Shown: positions 8,086 to 18,090, numbered from the stretch's first letter. The stretch is 64,000 nt of DNA from Roseburia sp. (GCA_051879315.1 JBJELW010000066.1:99-64098); one strand, 5' to 3'. Numbers and translations: made by a program. Notes: generated by a model not told the origin, from the sequence alone.

Positions 8086-9954
8086 ATGAAGTTTTCAATG
8101 CGGGAAGGCGATTATTTAAGAATGGGCGTATTTCAGGCTTCCGACGGCGTAACCTTTACCTTTGAAGGGGAAAAGGAGCAGAAGTGCGAGATTCTTTTAT
8201 ATGAGAAAGGTACCGGCCGGATAGAGGAGGTGGAGGTGCCCAGAGAGTATTGCCTGGGATCTTTGCGTTCTATTGTTCTGGTGGGACTGGATACATCGCG
8301 TTATGATTATAATTATCGAATCGACGGGCAAATCGTGGTGGATCCCTATGCCCGCAGGATTGTGGGAAGAGAAAATTGGTTCGAAGTGGAGCGCTATTCC
8401 AAGACCTATCAGGTGCGGGGAGGCTTTGCTGCGGGTGACTTTGCGTGGGGGGATGATCAGCCTCCGGAAATTGACAAGAAGGATATGATCATGTATCAGA
8501 TTCATGTGCGCTATTTTACCATGGATGCGTCTCACATGGCAGGCTGCAAGGGTACTTTCGAGGGCGTGGAACGGAAACTGTCTTATCTGAAGGAATTGGG
8601 GATTACCACGGTGGTGCTCATGCCGGTTTATGAGTTCGAGGAAATGATTATTCCGGTGGAGATTGAACTTCCGGATTATATCACCTGGAAGGAAGAACAG
8701 CGCACCAGACAGAAGGCAGAAAAAAAGGTGGAAAAGGTAAACTGCTGGGGCTATGTAGAGGGCAATTATTTTGCTGTGAAAGCATCCTATGCCAAAGGAA
8801 AATGCCCGGAACAATCTTTTAAACAACTGGTGAAAAGTATGCACGAACAGAATATGGAGTGCATTATGCAGATATATTTTCCCAATACCGTAAATCAGAA
8901 TCTGATGTTGGATGCCATGCGTTATTGGGTGATGGAATACCATGTCGACGGATTTCATCTGATGGGGGACCGGATCCCGGTGCGAGCCATGGCACAGGAT
9001 CTGATTCTCAGCCGTACCAAGCTGTTTTACGATCATTTTGATGAGGATCTCTTGACTGCGGAGTGTGCTTATCCCCACCTGTATATTTACCGGGATGAAT
9101 TTATGTATCCCATGCGCCGGTTACTTAATCACCAGGGAGGAAACCTGACAGATTTTGTGAATCAGATGCGCAAGCAGAAGGACTATGCAGGGTTTGTCAA
9201 TTACCTGGATGCCATCAATGGATTCCCGTTGGCGGACGTGTTTTCTTATAATGAAAAGCACAATGAGGCAAACGGAGAGGATAATGTGGATGGCAGTGAT
9301 TGGAATTACAGTTCCAATTACGGTGTGGAGGGTCCCACCCGGAAAAAATACATCGAGCAGGTACGTCTGAAACAGATGCGCAATGCACTGGCCATTCTGT
9401 TTTTGGGACAATCCGTTCCCATGCTGATGGAAGGGGATGAATTCGCTAATTCCCAAAAGGGAAATAACAATGCCTACTGTCAGGACAATAAAGTCGGTTG
9501 GGTGAACTGGAGCAATGAGAAAAAGTACTCTTCTTTGCAGGAGTTTGTGAAAAATCTCATTGTATTCCGGAGAGAGCATGAGATTATTCATATGAATCAC
9601 CCCATGCAGCTCCATGATTACAAGGGATATGGTTATCCGGATCTGTCCTATCACGGTGACAGTGCATGGCTTACAGGGTTTGAGCCTAACCGTCAGTCTG
9701 TGGGGCTTTTGTACTGTGGCAATTATGCCGCAGAGGAGGGGCAGGAAAACGAAGAACTGATTTATATCGCATATAATTTTCATACCGGGAAGCAGTTTCT
9801 TGCATTGCCGAAGCTTGGGAAGAATAAGGTCTGGCTGAAGGTGATGGACACCCAGATGGAACAGGGTTTTCTGGAACGGCCGGTGAAGGTGGCTGCAGTC
9901 CAGGCGGAAATTTCCGGGATGACAGTGCAGATACTTATAGGAAAGCAGGGATAA
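8086..9954 (+). CDS. GH13 isoamylase/GlgX-like protein with degenerate catalytic motifs
   Basis: DPYA, WGY, YWVMEYHVDGF, SYNEKHNEANGEDN.DG, GNNNAYCQDN motifs present; catalytic residues substituted. Confidence 0.85.
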   Translation: MKFSMREGDYLRMGVFQASDGVTFTFEGEKEQKCEILLYEKGTGRIEEVEVPREYCLGSLRSIVLVGLDTSRYDYNYRIDGQIVVDPYARRIVGRENWFEVERYSKTYQVRGGFAAGDFAWGDDQPPEIDKKDMIMYQIHVRYFTMDASHMAGCKGTFEGVERKLSYLKELGITTVVLMPVYEFEEMIIPVEIELPDYITWKEEQRTRQKAEKKVEKVNCWGYVEGNYFAVKASYAKGKCPEQSFKQLVKSMHEQNMECIMQIYFPNTVNQNLMLDAMRYWVMEYHVDGFHLMGDRIPVRAMAQDLILSRTKLFYDHFDEDLLTAECAYPHLYIYRDEFMYPMRRLLNHQGGNLTDFVNQMRKQKDYAGFVNYLDAINGFPLADVFSYNEKHNEANGEDNVDGSDWNYSSNYGVEGPTRKKYIEQVRLKQMRNALAILFLGQSVPMLMEGDEFANSQKGNNNAYCQDNKVGWVNWSNEKKYSSLQEFVKNLIVFRREHEIIHMNHPMQLHDYKGYGYPDLSYHGDSAWLTGFEPNRQSVGLLYCGNYAAEEGQENEELIYIAYNFHTGKQFLALPKLGKNKVWLKVMDTQMEQGFLERPVKVAAVQAEISGMTVQILIGKQG

Positions 9955-9955
9955 C

Positions 9956-10513
9956 ATGAAGGCGTGGCAGCATTTTAAGACGATTAACCATCATAAGTTT
10001 CTGGTTATGAAAGCATGCTTTCAGGTGGGCCTGTATTGGCAGGGACTGATGCATGATCTGTCCAAATATTCCCCTGCGGAATTTCTGGTGGGCTGTAAAT
10101 ATTATCAGGGATTTCAGAGTCCCAATAATGCAGAAAGAATGGATAAGGGATATTCTTCCGCCTGGCTGCATCACAAAGGGCGCAATAAGCATCATATGGA
10201 GTACTGGATTGACTACGGAGCGCCGCCGAACAAGGCCATCACCGGCATGCGGATGCCCGAACGGTATGTGGTGGAAATGTTTTTGGACCGGGTAGCGGCC
10301 AGTAAGAACTATCAGAAAGAAGCTTATACCGATGCCAGTGCTTTGAACTATTACGAGGATGGGAAGGAATACCATATTCTCCACGAGGATTCACGCCGGT
10401 TGCTGGAATTGCTGCTGCATATGCTGGCAGATAAGGGAGAAGAGGAAACCTATCGATATATAAGAGAAGAAATACTAAATAAAAGAAAGAATAAAAACAG
10501 AAAGAAGGATTAA
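9956..10513 (+). CDS. DUF5662 family His-rich, HD-like protein
   Basis: HDLSKYSP.EF, AWLHHKGRNKHH.EYW, EM..DR.AASK. Confidence 0.8.
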   Translation: MKAWQHFKTINHHKFLVMKACFQVGLYWQGLMHDLSKYSPAEFLVGCKYYQGFQSPNNAERMDKGYSSAWLHHKGRNKHHMEYWIDYGAPPNKAITGMRMPERYVVEMFLDRVAASKNYQKEAYTDASALNYYEDGKEYHILHEDSRRLLELLLHMLADKGEEETYRYIREEILNKRKNKNRKKD

Positions 10514-10517
10514 CACC

Positions 10518-11522
10518 ATGTTAGACGGAAAAAAGATACTTTACAGCGGAATGCAGGCCACAGGAACATTGACTCTCGGAAATTATCTGGGAGCCTTGAA
10601 GAACTGGGTAAATATGCCGGATGAATATGAGTGCCTTTATGGGGTGATGGATCTGCACTCCCTGACACTGCGCCAGGTTCCGTCAGAATTTCGCAAAAAT
10701 GCCAGATCCCTGTATGCACTGTATGTGGCAGCGGGGCTGGATCCGGAGAAGAACTGTATTTATTATCAGTCACACGTTTCTGCCCATGCAGAACTGAGCT
10801 GGCTCTTAAGCTGCTTTACCTATATGGGAGAGCTGCAGCGTATGACCCAGTTTAAGGATAAGGCGGCAAAACATGCTGACAATATCAATGCCGGTCTGTT
10901 TACTTATCCGGTCCTGATGGCGGCAGACATTCTGCTGTATCAGTCGGACGTGGTGCCGGTAGGTGTGGATCAGAAACAGCACTTGGAGATTACAAGAGAT
11001 ATTGCTCAGAGATTTAATGCAATCTATGGGGATGTATTTACCATACCGGAAGCTTATATTGGAAAATCGGGTGCCAAGATCATGAGCCTTCAGGAGCCGG
11101 AGCGCAAGATGTCCAAGTCTGACGAAAATGCCAATGCCACCATTTATCTTCTGGATGACAAGGATACCATCATCCGCAAGTTTAAACGTGCAGTGACAGA
11201 TTCCGGCAGTGAGATCTGTTATCGTGAGGATAAGCCGGGAATCAGCAACCTGATCGATATCTATTCCAGTGTCACCGGATGTAGCCGGCAGGATGTGGAG
11301 CATGAGTTTGAAGGAAAGGGATACGGTGAGTTTAAGCTTGCTGTGGGAGAAGCAGTGGCAGCAGAGTTAGAACCTTTGCAGAAACGCTACAAAGAATTGA
11401 TGGAGGACAAGGCTTATATTGACCGTGTCATCAAGGCCAACGATGAGAAGGCCGCTTATTATGCAGGGAAAACCCTGCGCAAAGTGCAGAAGAAGCTGGG
11501 ACTTACCGAACGGATCCGCTAG
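10518..11522 (+). CDS. trpS: tryptophan--tRNA ligase
   Basis: TLGNYLGA, YPVLMAADILLY, VPVG.DQ.QHLE, KMSKS. Confidence 0.97.
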   Translation: MLDGKKILYSGMQATGTLTLGNYLGALKNWVNMPDEYECLYGVMDLHSLTLRQVPSEFRKNARSLYALYVAAGLDPEKNCIYYQSHVSAHAELSWLLSCFTYMGELQRMTQFKDKAAKHADNINAGLFTYPVLMAADILLYQSDVVPVGVDQKQHLEITRDIAQRFNAIYGDVFTIPEAYIGKSGAKIMSLQEPERKMSKSDENANATIYLLDDKDTIIRKFKRAVTDSGSEICYREDKPGISNLIDIYSSVTGCSRQDVEHEFEGKGYGEFKLAVGEAVAAELEPLQKRYKELMEDKAYIDRVIKANDEKAAYYAGKTLRKVQKKLGLTERIR

Positions 11523-11558
11523 GTTCCTGGCAGATGACATTATGATACAGAATTTTCC

Positions 11559-11590
11559 AAAGGAGTGGACAGATTCCACTCCTTTTATTT
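11559..11590 (+). terminator. intrinsic terminator after trpS
   Basis: 11-bp stem AAAGGAGTGGA/TCCACTCCTTT plus T tract. Confidence 0.85.
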
Positions 11591-11620
11591 ATGGAGTCCT
11601 TCTATATTTTGTGGGAAAGG

Positions 11621-11649
11621 CACAGAAAGACCGAAAATGTCATAGAATA
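11621..11649 (+). promoter_or_regulatory. SigK-type promoter upstream of sigK
   Basis: CACA-N16-CATAGAATA. Confidence 0.65.
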
Positions 11650-11677
11650 TAGTAAATCACCCGGGATAGGTGCTGCT

Positions 11678-12304
11678 TTGAAAACCTTTTTATCTCCGCT
11701 GACCTTACAGGAAGAAAAGTATTATTTAAAACAGATGAATGAGGGCAGTCTTGAGGCAAAGCATGTACTGGTGGAGCGGAATATGCGTCTGGTGGCCCAC
11801 GTGGCAAAAAAATATCAGAACGTGGAGGAGGAAATGGAGGATCTGATTTCCATAGGGTGTATCGGATTGATCAAGGCGGTGGATACTTTCCGGGAGGAAA
11901 AAGGCAACCGGCTTGCCACCTATGCGGCCAGATGCATTGACAATGAGCTTTTGATGTATCTGCGCAGCAAGCGGAAAAATGTAAAAGGTGTTTCGCTCTA
12001 TGAACCTATCGGGACAGATAAGGAGGGCAACCAGATTCACCTGATGGACGTTGTGGAGAATTCGGAACCGGATGTTGTGGAAATGATGGAACAGGATAAA
12101 AACATCCGAAAACTATATGAGCTGATGCCAAAAGTGCTGACAAAGCGGGAATGCGAAATCCTGTATCTGCGATATGGTCTCATAACGGATCGCCCCATAA
12201 CCCAACGAGAAATCGCCGCCCGGTATCATATATCCAGATCCTATGTGAGCCGCATTGAAAAGCGGGCCATCGAAAAGCTACGGGACTACTTCGAAAAATG
12301 CTGA
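11678..12304 (+). CDS. sigK: sporulation sigma factor SigK (likely TTG start, uninterrupted)
   Basis: NMRLVAHVAKKY, DLISIG.IGLIKA, LATYAARCI.NE.LM.LR, ISRSYVSRIEKRA; AGGTG RBS before TTG 11678. Confidence 0.92.
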   Translation: MKTFLSPLTLQEEKYYLKQMNEGSLEAKHVLVERNMRLVAHVAKKYQNVEEEMEDLISIGCIGLIKAVDTFREEKGNRLATYAARCIDNELLMYLRSKRKNVKGVSLYEPIGTDKEGNQIHLMDVVENSEPDVVEMMEQDKNIRKLYELMPKVLTKRECEILYLRYGLITDRPITQREIAARYHISRSYVSRIEKRAIEKLRDYFEKC

Positions 12305-12335
12305 CTGACAAAACGGAGTGGATGCGAAAATTAGT

Positions 12336-12365
12336 TTGTCAATAAGAGATGAGGTGTGTTATAAT
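12336..12365 (+). promoter_or_regulatory. SigA promoter of comM-dprA-topA
   Basis: TTGTCA-N18-TATAAT with TG extension. Confidence 0.7.
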
Positions 12366-12437
12366 GACCTCATCTTTTTTATCGTTGCAGAATTTCTCTG
12401 CATTTTCCCAAAAGAGCACGAAAGGAAGTGCTTTTTA

Positions 12438-13973
12438 TTGTATCGAGTTGTGAAAACGGCAATTGTCCGTGGAATTGAAAGTGTGCCGGTCCGGGTGGAA
12501 GCGGATGTGTCGGATGGCATGCCGGTGTTTGAGATGGTAGGGTTCCTGGCCGGAGAGGTGAGGGAGGCGAGGGAGCGTGTGCGGACAGCACTGCGTAATC
12601 TTGGTTACAGCCTGCCTGCCAAGCGAATCACGGTAAACCTTTCCCCCGCCAACGTCCGTAAGTCGGGATCGTCTTTTGATCTGCCCATTGCCGTGGCAGT
12701 GTTATCGGCCATGGGGATTCTTCCGGATGGAGAACTGGAGCAGATGCTGATTGTAGGGGAAGTGAGTCTGGGAGGGGAGATTCTTCCCATCCACGGCGTG
12801 TTGCCCATTGTAGCCCAGGCAAAAGAACAGGGAATCAAAAGCTGCATGGTTCCGGCGACTAATGCCAGGGAGGCAGCACTGGTGGAGCAGATCTGCGTGC
12901 TGCCGGTGAGGGATCTGAAAGAAGTGATCCGCATCTTAAATGGGGAGCAGGTCCGGTCAACAGAACCGTGTAATGCGAAAAAGACGACCTGTCAGGAACA
13001 ACAGGCGGATTTTGCCGACATACGTGGACAGCATTTTCTGAAGCGGGCCTGTGAGGTGGCAGTCAGCGGGATGCATAACCTTCTGATGGTAGGCCCGCCT
13101 GGCGCAGGAAAAACCATGATTGCCAAGAGAATACCATCTATCCTGCCGGCTATGAGTCAGTGGGAACAGTTGGAACTTTCCAAAATCTACAGTGTCTGTG
13201 GAATGTTTGAAAATGAGGAAGAACTGTTATCCAGACGTCCCTTTCGCAGCCCGCATCACACGATCACTCCCCAGGGACTGGCCGGAGGAGGCAGAATACC
13301 AAGACCCGGAGAAATCAGTCTTGCCCACAAAGGGGTGCTTTTTTTGGACGAACTTACGGAATTTCGCAGGGAGGCACTGGAGATTTTGCGCCAGCCCCTG
13401 GAGGAGCATCAGGTGCAGCTGGTCCGTTTGCAGGGGAACTATCAGTTTCCGGCAGATTTTATGCTGGTTTGTGCCATGAACCCCTGTAACTGCGGTTACT
13501 ATCCGGATCGCAACAGATGTAATTGTTCCCAGACTATGTTAGAACATCATTTGAAAAAACTCAGCCGCCCCCTGTTGGATCGCATTGATATCTGTGTGGA
13601 AGCAAAGCAGCTGGAGTATAAAGATTTGACGGATGCAGGGAAAAAGGAGGAAAATTCTGCATGTATCCGGGAACGGGTGGTGCGTGCCCAACAAAAACAG
13701 CAGAAGAGATTTCAGGGAAGCGGAATCTGCTTCAACAGCCGGATTCCATCCTCGGAGATCGAGCGGTACTGCGTTTTGGATTCCGCACAGAAAAAGTACA
13801 TGGAAAAAATGTACGAAAAACTTGGATTAACGGCCAGAACCTATCATAAAATTCTGAAGGTGGCAAGAACGATTGCAGATCTGGAGGATCAGGATGATAT
13901 TTCCATGAAACATTTAAATGAAGCTGTGTGTTATCGCGGAATAGACCAAAGATTCTGGGAGGTCAGCATATGA
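12438..13973 (+). CDS. comM: YifB/ComM Mg-chelatase-like AAA+ ATPase
   Basis: ITVNLSPA...K.G..FDLPIA, GPPGAGKT, RPFRSPHHT, GVLFLDEL; likely TTG start after AAAGGA. Confidence 0.9.
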   Translation: MYRVVKTAIVRGIESVPVRVEADVSDGMPVFEMVGFLAGEVREARERVRTALRNLGYSLPAKRITVNLSPANVRKSGSSFDLPIAVAVLSAMGILPDGELEQMLIVGEVSLGGEILPIHGVLPIVAQAKEQGIKSCMVPATNAREAALVEQICVLPVRDLKEVIRILNGEQVRSTEPCNAKKTTCQEQQADFADIRGQHFLKRACEVAVSGMHNLLMVGPPGAGKTMIAKRIPSILPAMSQWEQLELSKIYSVCGMFENEEELLSRRPFRSPHHTITPQGLAGGGRIPRPGEISLAHKGVLFLDELTEFRREALEILRQPLEEHQVQLVRLQGNYQFPADFMLVCAMNPCNCGYYPDRNRCNCSQTMLEHHLKKLSRPLLDRIDICVEAKQLEYKDLTDAGKKEENSACIRERVVRAQQKQQKRFQGSGICFNSRIPSSEIERYCVLDSAQKKYMEKMYEKLGLTARTYHKILKVARTIADLEDQDDISMKHLNEAVCYRGIDQRFWEVSI

Positions 13974-15052
13974 AGTATAAGTACTGGCTGGCTGCAAATT
14001 GTCATTTACATCCCGGGAAAATTTGGCGCCTGGTACAGATGGCCGGATCAGCGAAAGCATTGTATGAGATGCCAGAGTCTTTTTTCAGACAGATTCCCGG
14101 ATGGGATCCAAAAGATACGGAACTGTTATTGGAAAGTCGCAAAACATGGGACACGGATGCTAAATGGGAGAAATTACAAGACGATGGAATACATATGATG
14201 ACCATAGAACAGAAATCCTATCCCGGACGGTTAAAAGAGATTGCTGTGCCGCCCTATGCATTGTTTTACCGCGGTTCCATGCCGGATGAAGACTGTCTGA
14301 CTATCGCGGTGGTGGGAGCCAGAAAATGCTCAGAGTATGGGCGGCGGATTGCCATGGAACTTGGCGCGGCGGCGGCAAGAGCAGGAATCCAGATAATCAG
14401 TGGCATGGCACTGGGGATAGACGGTGCGGCACACAGTGGTGCCATGAAGGAGCAGGGGGTTACCCACGGGGTGTTGGGATGCGGTGTGGATATTTGTTAT
14501 CCAAGGCAAAACAGAACCTTGTACGAATACATGAAGCTGCAGGGCGGCCTGCTATCCGAGTATGCGCCGGGCACGGACCCCAGGCCGTTGTTTTTCCCCA
14601 GGCGAAATCGCATTATCAGTGCACTCAGCGATGTGGTAGTCGTGGTGGAGGCAAGGGAAAAAAGTGGTTCCCTGATCACTGCGGACTTTGCTTTAGAGCA
14701 GGGGAAAGATATCTATGCTGTGCCGGGCAGGGTGTCCGATCCACTGAGTGCAGGATGTAACCGCCTGATTGCCCAGGGAGCAGGAATTTTATGCTCGGTC
14801 GATGAGTTTTTACGGGAGCTGGGAGTGGACTTTGAAACAGACAGGAAAAAGTCTGTACACAACAAAATGCTACTTGAAAAAGATGCCGCCAGGGTGTATA
14901 GTGTGTTGGATTTGCAACCCAGGAATATGGAATACCTGATAGAAAAAACAGGTTTAGAGGTTGACAGATTATGCGATATTCTGATAGGGTTAGAGAATGT
15001 GAGCATGGTAAAAGAAGTTTTTAAGAATTATTACATAAAATCATCCGAGTGA
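13970..15052 (+). CDS. dprA: DNA-processing protein DprA
   Basis: AVVGAR, SGMALGIDG, FP.RNRIISALS, SGSLITA; ATGA overlap with comM. Confidence 0.95.
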   Translation: MKYKYWLAANCHLHPGKIWRLVQMAGSAKALYEMPESFFRQIPGWDPKDTELLLESRKTWDTDAKWEKLQDDGIHMMTIEQKSYPGRLKEIAVPPYALFYRGSMPDEDCLTIAVVGARKCSEYGRRIAMELGAAAARAGIQIISGMALGIDGAAHSGAMKEQGVTHGVLGCGVDICYPRQNRTLYEYMKLQGGLLSEYAPGTDPRPLFFPRRNRIISALSDVVVVVEAREKSGSLITADFALEQGKDIYAVPGRVSDPLSAGCNRLIAQGAGILCSVDEFLRELGVDFETDRKKSVHNKMLLEKDAARVYSVLDLQPRNMEYLIEKTGLEVDRLCDILIGLENVSMVKEVFKNYYIKSSE

Positions 15053-15074
15053 TAGACGGACAAAGGAGTGGCAT

Positions 15075-17162
15075 ATGGCGAAGTATCTTGTGATTGTGGA
15101 GTCTCCGGCAAAGGTTAAGACCATCAAGAAATTCTTGGGGAAAAATTATGAGGTTGTGGCCTCCAATGGTCATGTGAGGGATATGCCCAAAAGCCAGCTG
15201 GGCTTTGATGTGGAGCATGATTATGAACCGAAATATATTACGATTCGCGGAAAGGGAGAAATCCTGGCAAAACTTCGAAAGGAAGTAAAAAAGGCAGATA
15301 AGATATATCTGGCAACCGACCCGGACCGTGAGGGAGAGGCAATTTCCTGGCATCTGTCCCAGGCCTTAAACCTTGCGGATAAGAAGGTATACCGGATCAG
15401 CTTTAATGAGATCACCCAGCATGCAGTGAAGGAATCTTTAAAGCAGGCCAGAGACATCGATATGGATCTGGTGGATGCCCAGCAGGCCAGACGTATGCTG
15501 GATCGTATGGTGGGTTATCGGATTAGTCCGCTGTTGTGGAAGAAGGTGAAACGTGGACTGAGTGCAGGCCGCGTGCAATCCGTTGCACTGCGCATCATCT
15601 GTGACCGGGAGGATGAAATCAATGCATTCATCCCGGAGGAGTACTGGAGTCTGGATGCAAAGCTTGCAATTCCCGGAGAGAAGAACGCATTGACTGCAAA
15701 GTTCTACGGCATTGGAAAAGAAAAGACCGTGATTCATAGCAGGCAGGAGGTGGAGGAACTTTCCGAGGCAATCAAAAAAGAAAAGTTCTGTGTGTCCGAG
15801 GTGAAAAAGAGTGAGCGAACCAAAAGGGCACCATTGCCCTTTACCACCAGCACGCTGCAGCAGGAAGCTTCCAAACTGCTGAATTTTTCCACCCAGAAGA
15901 CCATGCGGCTGGCACAGCAGCTCTATGAAGGAATTGATGTCAAGGATATTGGTACCGTGGGTCTGATCACATATCTGAGAACGGATTCCGTCCGGATCTC
16001 TGAGGAGGCGGATCAGGCAGCAAGAACCTATATTGCAGGAGCTTATGGAGATGCCTATGTGGCACAGCAGGTGGCAGAAAAGAAAGAGGGAGCCAAGATT
16101 CAGGATGCCCACGAGGCAATCCGTCCCTCCGATGTCACCAGAACGCCGGCCAGGGTGAAGGAGTCTTTAAGCAGGGATCAGTTCCGTCTGTATCAGCTGA
16201 TCTGGAACCGGTTCGTGGCCAGCCGTATGAATGGTGCCAAATATGAGACTACATCGGTAAAGATATCAGCAGGAAAATATGGATTTAGTGTATCAGCTTC
16301 CAAGCTGCTCTTTGATGGTTTCATGTCCGTATACACATCCGATGAGGTGGAAAAGGGACAGCAGAATGTTCTGCTGACTTCCATTGATACAGATACCAGG
16401 CTGACTTTGGAAGATGTTGAACAGAAACAGCATTTTACCCAGCCGCCTGCGCATTTTACCGAGGCATCGCTGGTTAAGACGTTGGAGGAGCTGGGCATCG
16501 GAAGACCCAGTACCTATGCGCCTACCATCACTACCATCCTGGCCAGAAGATATATTGTGAAGGAAAACAAGAATCTGTATGTGACAGAGCTGGGAGAAGC
16601 GGTAAATTCTATTATGAAGCAATCCTTCCCTACCATTGTGGATGAGCATTTCACTGCCAACATGGAATCCCTTCTGGACGGTGTGGCAGAGGGAAAAGTT
16701 CCCTGGAAGCAGGTGGTAAGCAACTTCTATCCGGATCTCAATGATGCAGTGGAAACGGCAGAAAAGGAATTGGAGAAAGTCCAGATCGCGGATGAGGTGA
16801 CTGAGGTGATCTGTGAGAACTGTGGTCGGAACATGGTGATCAAATATGGCCCACATGGAAAGTTTTTGGCCTGCCCCGGATTTCCGGAGTGTCGAAACAC
16901 GAAGCCGTATTTTGAAAAAATCGGTGTGGCCTGTCCGAAATGCGGGAAGGATATAGTGCTGAAAAAGACCCAGAAGGGACGGCGTTATTATGGCTGCGAA
17001 GCCAATCCGGAGTGTGATTTCATGTCATGGCCTAAGCCTGTGGAGAAGAAGTGCCCTTCCTGCGGAGGCTATATGGTGGAAAAGGGAAGCAAGCTCTGCT
17101 GTGCCAATGAACAATGTGGCTATGTGGAAGGAAAAAAGAATCAGACAGATGCGGAAGAGTAG
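15075..17162 (+). CDS. topA: DNA topoisomerase I
   Basis: LVIVESPAK, ATDPDREGE, SAGRVQS, ITYLRTDS, C-terminal zinc ribbons. Confidence 0.97.
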   Translation: MAKYLVIVESPAKVKTIKKFLGKNYEVVASNGHVRDMPKSQLGFDVEHDYEPKYITIRGKGEILAKLRKEVKKADKIYLATDPDREGEAISWHLSQALNLADKKVYRISFNEITQHAVKESLKQARDIDMDLVDAQQARRMLDRMVGYRISPLLWKKVKRGLSAGRVQSVALRIICDREDEINAFIPEEYWSLDAKLAIPGEKNALTAKFYGIGKEKTVIHSRQEVEELSEAIKKEKFCVSEVKKSERTKRAPLPFTTSTLQQEASKLLNFSTQKTMRLAQQLYEGIDVKDIGTVGLITYLRTDSVRISEEADQAARTYIAGAYGDAYVAQQVAEKKEGAKIQDAHEAIRPSDVTRTPARVKESLSRDQFRLYQLIWNRFVASRMNGAKYETTSVKISAGKYGFSVSASKLLFDGFMSVYTSDEVEKGQQNVLLTSIDTDTRLTLEDVEQKQHFTQPPAHFTEASLVKTLEELGIGRPSTYAPTITTILARRYIVKENKNLYVTELGEAVNSIMKQSFPTIVDEHFTANMESLLDGVAEGKVPWKQVVSNFYPDLNDAVETAEKELEKVQIADEVTEVICENCGRNMVIKYGPHGKFLACPGFPECRNTKPYFEKIGVACPKCGKDIVLKKTQKGRRYYGCEANPECDFMSWPKPVEKKCPSCGGYMVEKGSKLCCANEQCGYVEGKKNQTDAEE

Positions 17163-17181
17163 CGAAAAAGATAAGAATTGC

Positions 17182-17210
17182 TTGAATTATCTGATAAAAT
17201 GTGATATACT
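17182..17210 (+). promoter_or_regulatory. SigA promoter of codY with CodY-box-like palindrome in the spacer
   Basis: TTGAAT-N17-TATACT, TG extension; AATTATCTGATAAAA. Confidence 0.6.
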
Positions 17211-17250
17211 ACCAAAGAATTTTAACTTTAATGGTTAAGGGAGAGGCAGA

Positions 17251-18024
17251 ATGAGTGTCCAGTTGTTGGATAAAACAAGAAAAATCAATAAGTTACTGCA
17301 CAATAATAATTCGTCCAAGGTGGTATTCAACGATATCTGCGATGTTTTGACGGATATACTGGATTCCAACATTCTTGTGATCAGTAAAAAAGGAAAAGTG
17401 CTGGGCAGAAGCCGGAGCAAGGGCACTGCGGAGCTTCATGAGTTGATTACGGATCAGGTGGGCGGCTTCGTTGATCCCATGTTGAATGAACGGCTGTTGG
17501 GGATCTTATCCACCAAGGAAAATGTTAATCTGGAAACCTTGGGATTTATGGAAGATATCGGACAGTACAGCGCAATCATTACTCCCATTGATATAGCCGG
17601 TGAACGTCTGGGAACGCTTTTTGTATATCGTGTTGAGCGGCAGTACGATATTGACGATATTATTCTGTGTGAGTATGGGACCACGGTAGTGGGCCTGGAG
17701 ATGATGCGCTCGGTGAACGAGGAGAGCGCAGAAGAGATGCGTAAGGTTCAGATCGTACGGTCAGCCATCAGCACGTTGTCTTTTTCCGAGTTGGAAGCCA
17801 TCACCCACATATTTGATGAGTTGAACGGCAAGGAGGGAATTCTGGTGGCCAGCAAGATTGCGGACCGGGTAGGAATTACCAGATCCGTGATTGTCAATGC
17901 ACTGCGCAAATTTGAGAGTGCAGGTGTGATAGAGTCCCGTTCCTCCGGGATGAAGGGAACCTACATCAAAGTGGTAAACGATGTGGTGTTTGATGAATTG
18001 GAAAAGATTAAGAAAAATGCATAA
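17251..18024 (+). CDS. codY: GTP/BCAA-sensing repressor CodY
   Basis: LL.KTRKIN, ASKIADRVGITRSVIVNALRKFESAGVIESRS. Confidence 0.97.
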   Translation: MSVQLLDKTRKINKLLHNNNSSKVVFNDICDVLTDILDSNILVISKKGKVLGRSRSKGTAELHELITDQVGGFVDPMLNERLLGILSTKENVNLETLGFMEDIGQYSAIITPIDIAGERLGTLFVYRVERQYDIDDIILCEYGTTVVGLEMMRSVNEESAEEMRKVQIVRSAISTLSFSELEAITHIFDELNGKEGILVASKIADRVGITRSVIVNALRKFESAGVIESRSSGMKGTYIKVVNDVVFDELEKIKKNA

Positions 18025-18056
18025 TGGACTTTATACATGGAATGTATCAGGTTGTT

Positions 18057-18090
18057 AAAGGGATTTATGGGAAACTGTAAATCTCTTTTT
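18057..18090 (+). terminator. terminator after codY
   Basis: GGGATTTATGG-GAAA-CTGTAAATCTC stem plus T tract. Confidence 0.8.

Noticed and set aside
11591-11677. 29-aa N-terminal extension as SigK pro-peptide
   Set aside because: its ATG abuts the trpS terminator, lacks an RBS and lies upstream of the SigK-type promoter; the peptide is not hydrophobic
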